Assembly: GCA_021801645.1 (NCBI GenBank)
Contig: JAJYXT010000010.1
Coordinates: forward strand, 25,052-89,051
Origin: a bacterium
GTDB lineage: Bacteria; Chloroflexota; Dormibacteria; Aeolococcales; Bog-877
Direction: 5' to 3'
DNA length: 64,000 nt
Part shown: one piece after another, positions 58,274-64,000 of the stretch
Position numbering within the stretch: position 1 is the stretch's first letter
Layout of the letters: each line of letters opens with the position of its first letter
The notes under the pieces: generated by a model
The model's database searches: none
The model's input: the letters and a program-made list of their open reading frames with translations, nothing else
Told to the model about the DNA's origin: nothing
Position numbers and translations under genes: made by a program

Positions 58274-59398
58274 TCAGCCCACAGGAACCGTCAGGGTGAC
58301 GGTGTGCCGCTGCCCCCCCTCCTGCACCGAGAGCGCCACCTGCGCCCCCGGGCCGAGCGCGGTGAGAAGGTCGGCCAGGTCGGGGTACCTGGGGGCACCC
58401 GAGCCCTGGACCGCTGAGCCGTCCACCTGGACCACCACATCCCCCACCTTGAGCCCGGCCGCCGCCGCGGCGGATCCCGGGTCCACCGCCAGGACCTGAG
58501 CGCCGGCGGGGAGCTGGAGCGCGGCCGCAGTGGCCGGGGTGAGGTACTGGGTCACCAGTCCGACCGGAGGCGGGCCGGCCCCGTTGGTGCCGATCGCAGA
58601 CGCCAGGTAGGCGGCCTCGAACGCGTCCAGCGCGAAGTAACCAGAACCCGAGTCCGAGGGGACCATCCGCGTCCCGGCGAGGATCCCCACCACCTGACCG
58701 CTGGAGTTCACCAGCGGCGCGCCCGAGCTCCCCGGAGGCTCAGGGACGTCGGTGCGCATCATTCCGTCCCAGGTGACGCTGCCCCCGGAGGCGGTGGGAT
58801 CGGACACAGAAGCCGTGATCCCCAGCTGCGAGATGCTGCCCACGTCGACGCTGACCGAGCCTCCCAGGGAGGTGGAGACGGCGATGGCGGTCGACCCCAA
58901 TGCAGGGTTCTGGGAGAAACCCAGCGCCGGCGGAAGTGAGCTGGAACTCACCTGCAGGAGGACGATGCCGGTGTGGGGATCGGAGCTGGCGATGGTGGCC
59001 GGCAGGACCACCCCGCTGGCCAGGACGACCTCCACCCCCGAAGCCCCGGCCACCGCCGCCTCGCTGGTGACCACCAGCCCGGTGGAGCTGGCCACGAACC
59101 CGTCGGAGACGGTGGCCGGAGTGGGAGCTGCGGTTCCATGCTCCCGGACCACCTGGACCACAGAGGGGGCCACAGCCGCCACCACCGAACTGAGCGAAGT
59201 GCCCTGGCTGGAGCCACCGCCACCTCCCGGGTTCACCACCGGAGCGCTGGGGGTGGACGACAGCTGCCGGTAGGCCAGGAAGGCGACCCCTCCGCCGACG
59301 GCGACCCCCACCGCCGCCGCCACCGCCGCCACCGCCAGCAGCCCACGGGCCGAGATGCGATCCGCCTTCGCCGGCGGGGAGGGATCAGCCCCGTCCAT
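58274..59398 (-). CDS. HtrA/PepD-like S1C serine protease with C-terminal PDZ domain, N-terminal TM anchor
   Basis: Catalytic GSSGAPLVNSSGQVVGI, PDZ (..GAQVLAVDPGSAAAAAGLKVGDVVVQVDG..), TM LLAVAAVAAAVGVAVGGGVAFLA. Confidence 0.8.
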   Translation of the reverse strand: MDGADPSPPAKADRISARGLLAVAAVAAAVGVAVGGGVAFLAYRQLSSTPSAPVVNPGGGGGSSQGTSLSSVVAAVAPSVVQVVREHGTAAPTPATVSDGFVASSTGLVVTSEAAVAGASGVEVVLASGVVLPATIASSDPHTGIVLLQVSSSSLPPALGFSQNPALGSTAIAVSTSLGGSVSVDVGSISQLGITASVSDPTASGGSVTWDGMMRTDVPEPPGSSGAPLVNSSGQVVGILAGTRMVPSDSGSGYFALDAFEAAYLASAIGTNGAGPPPVGLVTQYLTPATAAALQLPAGAQVLAVDPGSAAAAAGLKVGDVVVQVDGSAVQGSGAPRYPDLADLLTALGPGAQVALSVQEGGQRHTVTLTVPVG

Positions 59399-59879
59399 GT
59401 TCCGGGTCCCAGGTGAGCACGAGCTGCCGGGTTGGTGCGAAGCCGGCAGCGAGGTAGGCGCTGACCGCGGGCCGGTTGTCGTGGTCCGTCCAGACACTGG
59501 CGAAGGTCACCTGCCGCTGACGAAAGAGTCGGGTGGCCTCCCGCAACAGCCTGGTGGCCAGCCCCTGGCCCCGAGCGTCCGGGTGCACGTAGAGCTCCGC
59601 GACCTCGCCCTCGAGCCCGGTCCCAGGGTCGAAGAGAACGCACCAGCAGAAGCCCAGGACGCTACCGGAGCTGCGGGCGGCGAAGACGTGGTTCTCGCCC
59701 ACGAAGGTTGCCCGGGTGCGGGGCAGGGTGGCGTCCAAGCGGTGGCGCAGGCCCAGAGTGGGCGTGGGGGCGGCGTCCTGGGCCAGCAGCTCGATCAGAA
59801 GTGGCCGAATCGAGTCGAGCTCGGATTCCGCCAGGGCCGCGATCTCCACGCTGCCATCGTACGGCGCAACGGCGCTCAC
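59385..59879 (-). CDS. GNAT family N-acetyltransferase
   Basis: Acetyl-CoA-binding motif ...VHPDARGQGLATRLL.... Confidence 0.8.
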   Translation of the reverse strand: MSAVAPYDGSVEIAALAESELDSIRPLLIELLAQDAAPTPTLGLRHRLDATLPRTRATFVGENHVFAARSSGSVLGFCWCVLFDPGTGLEGEVAELYVHPDARGQGLATRLLREATRLFRQRQVTFASVWTDHDNRPAVSAYLAAGFAPTRQLVLTWDPEHGRG

Positions 59880-61312
59880 CCCACCTGGGGAGTCCAGTCC
59901 TCGAAGTACTCCGGGGACGGCTCCACCCTGGCGTCGCCGGTGGCCACCGCGGCCCGGGCGACTGCCCGCGCCACCGCCCGGTGGACGGCGGGGTCCAGCG
60001 AGTCCGGCACCACCTCGTCATGCTCGGCTCTGGCCGCGATGGCGAGGGCCGCCGCTAGGTACATCTCGGTGTTAAAGCGACGCGCCCGGGTGTCCAGGGC
60101 ACCCCGGAACAGCCCGGGGAAGCCGAGCAGGTTGTTGACGACCGAGCCGTCCACGGCCAGCGCCGCGCCGGCGTCCATCGCCGCCTCCGGCTCGATCTCC
60201 GGCAGGGGGTTGGAGATGGCGAAGATGATCTGTCCGGGGCGGACCTGCTCGGGCCGGATCAGCCCCGGCTGGGCGGTGGCGGCGATGACCAGGTCACTGC
60301 GGCGCAGGAGCTCGTCCAACTCCACGGCGATCCCGCCCCCGGCCTCCAGCCGCTCGATCGAGTCTGGGGTCCTTCCGGTGCCGTACACCGGCCGCCCCTG
60401 ATGGTGCATAAGCAGCTGGGCGATGGCCGATCCGGCGGCCCCCAGACCCACCACCCCAGCCGTGAGGTCGGCCACGTTCCTGCCGGTGAGCTCGGCAGCT
60501 CGCAGCACCGCCGCCAGCACCACGGTGGCCGTCCCGTGCTGGTCGTCGTGCATGACGGGGATGGAGACCTGGTCCTGCAGCTGGGGGGTGATCTCGAAGC
60601 AGTGGGGGGCGGCGAAGTCCTCCAGCTGGATGGCACCGAAGGAGGGCGCGAGCCGGGCCAGCGCCGCCACGATCTCCCCCGGCGGCCCCGGCTCGACCAA
60701 AAGTGGGTAGGCGTCTATGGCCACCATCTGGGCCAGGAGGGCGCACTTGCCCTCGATCACCGGCATGCCGGCCACCGGTCCGATGTTGCCCAGCCCCAGT
60801 ACCGCGGTCCCGTCAGTCACCACCGCCACCGCGTTGGCGATCCCGGTGTAGCGGTCGGCCACGGCGGGGTCGGCCTGGATCAGCCGACACACCTCGGCCA
60901 CCCCTGGGGTGTACACGTGGCGCAGGTCGGTCACGCTGCGCACCGGGTAACGTGGGCTCACCTTGAGCTTGCCGCCCAGGTGGACGCGCAGAACCTCGTC
61001 ACGGACATCCAGCAGCTCGGTGTGGGGTAGGGCCCGGACCGCGGCCAGCACCGCTTCCAGCATCACCAGGTCGGTGGTGCTGACGTCGATGTCGCGCACC
61101 TTGTGGAGCGAACCCCGCTCCACGGTGCGGATGTCACCCAGATTCCCACCCACCGACCCGATGGCCGTGGCCACCTCACCCAGCACCCCCGGGCGGTTCT
61201 GGTTGCGCAGGCGCAGGGTCCGCTGGATCCGGTAGGGGGAGACGCCTGCCGGGGCCTGGCCGGCCTCGGTGGGAAAGGCGGGCCGGAGCCCGGCTTCCGA
61301 GATGTCTCGCAT
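59876..61312 (-). CDS. NAD(P)-dependent malic enzyme with N-terminal ACT domain
   Basis: ACT region (LRLRNQNRPGVLGEVATAIG..), VYTPGVAEVC, GLGNIGP and VVGLGAAGSAIAQLL dinucleotide motifs. Start at MRDISE. Confidence 0.85.
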   Translation of the reverse strand: MRDISEAGLRPAFPTEAGQAPAGVSPYRIQRTLRLRNQNRPGVLGEVATAIGSVGGNLGDIRTVERGSLHKVRDIDVSTTDLVMLEAVLAAVRALPHTELLDVRDEVLRVHLGGKLKVSPRYPVRSVTDLRHVYTPGVAEVCRLIQADPAVADRYTGIANAVAVVTDGTAVLGLGNIGPVAGMPVIEGKCALLAQMVAIDAYPLLVEPGPPGEIVAALARLAPSFGAIQLEDFAAPHCFEITPQLQDQVSIPVMHDDQHGTATVVLAAVLRAAELTGRNVADLTAGVVGLGAAGSAIAQLLMHHQGRPVYGTGRTPDSIERLEAGGGIAVELDELLRRSDLVIAATAQPGLIRPEQVRPGQIIFAISNPLPEIEPEAAMDAGAALAVDGSVVNNLLGFPGLFRGALDTRARRFNTEMYLAAALAIAARAEHDEVVPDSLDPAVHRAVARAVARAAVATGDARVEPSPEYFEDWTPQVG

Positions 61313-61416
61313 CGGTGACCTCCTGAACCACTGAGCCAGCACCGGACCGCCGCTGGCAAGGTACCGCCTTCCCAGGGAACGCTGCAGCGGGGGCCGGAGC
61401 CCGGCCCCCGCCCAGG

Positions 61417-62268
61417 TCAGCGCTCGATCGGTGCCTTGACCAGACTCCCCCACTCCGTCCACGAGCCGTCGTAGTTGCGTACCCGCGGGTAGCCCAGAAG
61501 CTCCCGGAGCACGAACCAGGTGTGGGCGGAGCGCTCCCCGATGCGGCAGTAGGCGACCACCTCGTGCGCCGGGTCGACCCCCTCTGTGAGGTACAGGTCG
61601 CGCAGCTGGTCGGGCGGGAGGAACGTCTCCTGCTCGGGGTCCACCGCCCGGCTCCAGGGGACGTTGCGGGCCCCCGGAATGTGCCCAGGACGTTGGGCGC
61701 CCTCCTGGGGGAGGTGGTCCGGTGAGATGCGCTCCCCCCGGTACTCCTCAGGGGAGCGGACGTCGACCAGGCTTTTACCCGGTCGACCAAGGAACTCCGT
61801 GGCGATCTGGTCCCGATAGGCTCGGATCGACTCGTCCTCGTTGGGAATGGGGTAGCCAGTGCCGGGCGCCACCTGCGGCACCTCGGTGACGAGGGGCCGC
61901 CCCTCGAGTTCCCACTTGCGCCGACCCCCATTCAGCAGCTGGACATTGGGGTGGCCGTAGTACTTGAAGTACCAGTAGCCATAGGCGGCAAACCAGTTCT
62001 TGTTGCCGCCGTAGAGGACGACCCTGGTGTCCGGGCCGATCCCCAGCCGGTCCATGAGGGCGGCGAATCCCTCCGGACTCACGAAGTCGCGGTTGACCGG
62101 AGCCTGCAGGTCCTGGCGCCAGTGGACCCCGAGCGACCCGGGGATGTGGCCGCGGTGGTAGGCATCGGTGTCCTCGTCCACGTCGAGGACCCGCAGATCG
62201 GGATCTTGCAGATGGTCCGCCAGCCAGTCGGTGCTGACCAGGGACCCGGGGTTGGCGTATTCGCTCAA
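61417..62268 (-). CDS. sseA: Thiosulfate/3-mercaptopyruvate sulfurtransferase (tandem rhodanese)
   Basis: Two rhodanese domains. Active-site CRIGERSAHTWFVL. TTG start (MSEYANPGSLVSTDWL) preceded by AGGAG. Confidence 0.85.
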   Translation of the reverse strand: MSEYANPGSLVSTDWLADHLQDPDLRVLDVDEDTDAYHRGHIPGSLGVHWRQDLQAPVNRDFVSPEGFAALMDRLGIGPDTRVVLYGGNKNWFAAYGYWYFKYYGHPNVQLLNGGRRKWELEGRPLVTEVPQVAPGTGYPIPNEDESIRAYRDQIATEFLGRPGKSLVDVRSPEEYRGERISPDHLPQEGAQRPGHIPGARNVPWSRAVDPEQETFLPPDQLRDLYLTEGVDPAHEVVAYCRIGERSAHTWFVLRELLGYPRVRNYDGSWTEWGSLVKAPIER

Positions 62269-62481
62269 GGTGGCACTCCTCAGGGGCGCGCACGGGTACG
62301 ACAGGAACTTCCAGCCGTCGGGGATGGGGATGTCCCCAGCCCGTGAGAGGTCCGCTGCCGACGGCTCAGACGCCCAACCCAGCGGACCCGCGCCTACATC
62401 GCGAGCTCTCGGGCCCAAGGAGGCGAGGGGACAGCGTGGCGGGGCTCACGCCGAGGATTCTAGACGCCGGGGCGACTGCCC

Positions 62482-62838
62482 TCAACCGTCCTTCCACTCC
62501 GGGCGCTTGCGAAAAAGCCCCCCTTCACCCAGGTGATACCAGCGCTCCTGCTGGTAAGGGGGAAGGGCCGCCGCCTCCTCCGGACTGAGGTCGGTGTGGA
62601 CTGCCCGGGTGGTGATCTTCACAACGTGGGCAGCCTCAAGCTCCAGCAGCTGATGACCCGAGTTGGGCTTGACCGCCAGTCCGTGGAAGATGTCGCTGGC
62701 CTCGTCGCCGAGCAGCGAGGCCGTGGTCCCGAACTCGCTGCCCTCCCGGTCCAGGACCGGGGCGTGATAGGGGGTCATCATCCAGGCGACCTGCTCCTCA
62801 CCGTCCGCCGCGATGTCTTCGGGCATCTCCACCTCCAC
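62482..62838 (-). CDS. Hypothetical small acidic protein (possibly DUF2171/PRC-barrel-like)
   Basis: 118-aa ORF with coding GC3. Only weak family resemblance. Confidence 0.35.
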   Translation of the reverse strand: MEVEMPEDIAADGEEQVAWMMTPYHAPVLDREGSEFGTTASLLGDEASDIFHGLAVKPNSGHQLLELEAAHVVKITTRAVHTDLSPEEAAALPPYQQERWYHLGEGGLFRKRPEWKDG

Positions 62839-62867
62839 TTCTGGCTTCCGGGGCCGTCCGGTCGGGC

Positions 62868-63938
62868 TCAGCTCGCTCCCGCGGGCAGCTCGCCCAGCTG
62901 GACGCTGACGGTGATCTTGGTACCGTTGGGCTCGGTGATCCCCAGCTTCACCGTCTGACCGGGGCTGAGATTGGCCAGGGCGTCGGTGAGGTCCTGCACC
63001 GAAGGAGTGCCCTGGCCGTTTATCGAGGTGATCACGTCCTGCGCCTTGAGCCCGGCCTGACTGGCCGCCGTCCGGGTCACCTTGACGATCAGGACTCCCG
63101 CGGGCTGCCCCTGGCTGTTGGTCACCTGCTCGACGTCGACGCCGATGTAGGCTCGCCCGGAGTTCACCACCTTCCCGTATTTGACGATCTGGCCGGCGAT
63201 GTTGGTGACCACGTTGCTGGGGATGGCGAAGCCGATCCCGGGCGCCTGGGAGCTCCCCAGCTGGGGGTCGAGCGCGGCCAGCGTGGGGATGCCCACCACC
63301 TGGCCCTCCAGGTCGACCAGGGCGCCCCCGCTGTTGCCCGGGTTGATCGGCGCCGAGGTCTGGATCACGTCCGGCAGAGTCACCCCGTTGGGCTCGCTGA
63401 CCGTCCGGCCCACCGCCGACACGATCCCGTCCGTGGCCGAGCTCTGATATCCGAGGGGGTTGCCGATGGCCATCACGATGTCGCCCACCTGGAGCTGGGA
63501 GGAGTTGGCGAAGACAGCCGGCTTCAGGTTGGGGGCGGAGATGCGGATCACCGCCAGGTCGTCACCGGCGAACGCATTGACCAGGGTTCCGGTGTAGGTG
63601 CGCCCGTTGGATAGCGTGACCGTGAAGCTGTGCTGCCCGTTGGCCACGTGGTTGTTGGTGACGATGTCGCCCTGGGAGTTGAAGATGATCCCGGAGCCGA
63701 GGTCCTGGGAGGTGGAGATCTGCACCACCGAGGGGGCCACCTCCTTGTAGAGGTTGACGTAGTCGGCCTGGAGAGCCAGCAGGGCCTGGGAGAGGGCGGT
63801 GGGCGACAGGGTCTCCTTGGGAATCTGCTCGGTCCTGGGGGCGGCGCCCTTGGGCGCTCCCGAGGCGCACCCCGCCAGCACCAGCGCCAGGACCGGGACG
63901 AGAACCAAGGCCGACTTCCAAAGATGGGGCATTCTCAC
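62868..63938 (-). CDS. htrA: HtrA/DegP-family serine protease with PDZ domain, lipoprotein signal
   Basis: Lipobox LAGCAS. Catalytic triad context ...HVANGQH..., D...VIRI, GNSGGALVDLEGQVVGI. C-terminal PDZ. Confidence 0.85.
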   Translation of the reverse strand: MRMPHLWKSALVLVPVLALVLAGCASGAPKGAAPRTEQIPKETLSPTALSQALLALQADYVNLYKEVAPSVVQISTSQDLGSGIIFNSQGDIVTNNHVANGQHSFTVTLSNGRTYTGTLVNAFAGDDLAVIRISAPNLKPAVFANSSQLQVGDIVMAIGNPLGYQSSATDGIVSAVGRTVSEPNGVTLPDVIQTSAPINPGNSGGALVDLEGQVVGIPTLAALDPQLGSSQAPGIGFAIPSNVVTNIAGQIVKYGKVVNSGRAYIGVDVEQVTNSQGQPAGVLIVKVTRTAASQAGLKAQDVITSINGQGTPSVQDLTDALANLSPGQTVKLGITEPNGTKITVSVQLGELPAGAS

Positions 63939-64000
63939 CTCTGCCGAGCTTCCACCACCGGGATCACCGAGACCCTAGCCTAAGGCCCCACCCTGGGCAA

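Noticed and set aside
59355-60401. 348-aa plus-strand ORF
   Set aside because: Antisense to the GNAT and malic-enzyme genes.

Overview
The window is high-GC (~70%) actinobacterial-type chromosomal DNA, densely packed with housekeeping genes, most of them on the minus strand. It is interrupted at about 22.3-33.8 kb by a lower-GC accessory region built from tandem integrative-element remnants accreted at a tRNA-Cys gene.

Recognisable core content:
- trpC (partial), acylphosphatase, a PduO-type cobalamin adenosyltransferase and trxB.
- An orphan UDP-sulfoquinovose synthase (SQD1/SqdB) homolog.
- Three HtrA-like S1 proteases and tRNA-Leu(CAG).
- An SBP-5 ABC substrate-binding protein, secG, and a mec(JAMM)-cysM pair coupled by a 4-nt ATGA overlap.
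- An inositol monophosphatase and a Ni-superoxide dismutase SodN with its maturation peptidase SodX.
- A DsbA-like protein, aldose epimerase, pncB, an APC permease, an aldo-keto reductase and a CoA-transferase.
- A TPP riboswitch immediately upstream of thiM, followed by a DUF4395 protein.
- A standalone MutL/MORC-like GHKL ATPase and a proline iminopeptidase.

Accessory region:
- Two different IS256-family elements. One has a frameshifted transposase; the other has inserted into a tyrosine-integrase gene.
- A YciI-like gene lies between the two IS copies.
- A 67-bp direct repeat of the tRNA-Cys 3' end marks the junction between an older decayed island and a younger ~5.7-kb island.
- The younger island carries an ECF sigma/anti-sigma-like pair, a VapBC toxin-antitoxin pair, an intact integrase and a decayed FtsK/TraB-like fragment next to the intact tRNA-Cys.

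Downstream of the tRNA-Cys:
- A PQQ-propeller lipoprotein, an M18 aminopeptidase, an enoyl-CoA hydratase, a divergent Lrp/EamA pair and a PIG-L (Mca/MshB-like) deacetylase.
- tRNA-Pro(UGG), rph-rdgB and tatA-tatC.
- A complete, translationally coupled haem cluster: hemA-hemC-hemD-hemB, a cyclophilin, then hemL.
- A SIS-domain protein, a DEDDh exonuclease with a membrane-protein partner, and a surface protein with 30-bp tandem repeats.
- prfA, rpmE, an unusual radical-SAM protein, pyrG, a GNAT acetyltransferase, an ACT-domain malic enzyme and a rhodanese.

No CRISPR array was seen.

The most unusual points are the tandem island accretion with its sigma/anti-sigma and VapBC cargo, the orphan GHKL ATPase, the orphan SQD1, and at least two conserved genes (hemL and the inositol monophosphatase) whose conserved N-termini lie upstream of any ATG/GTG/TTG, which suggests CUG initiation.
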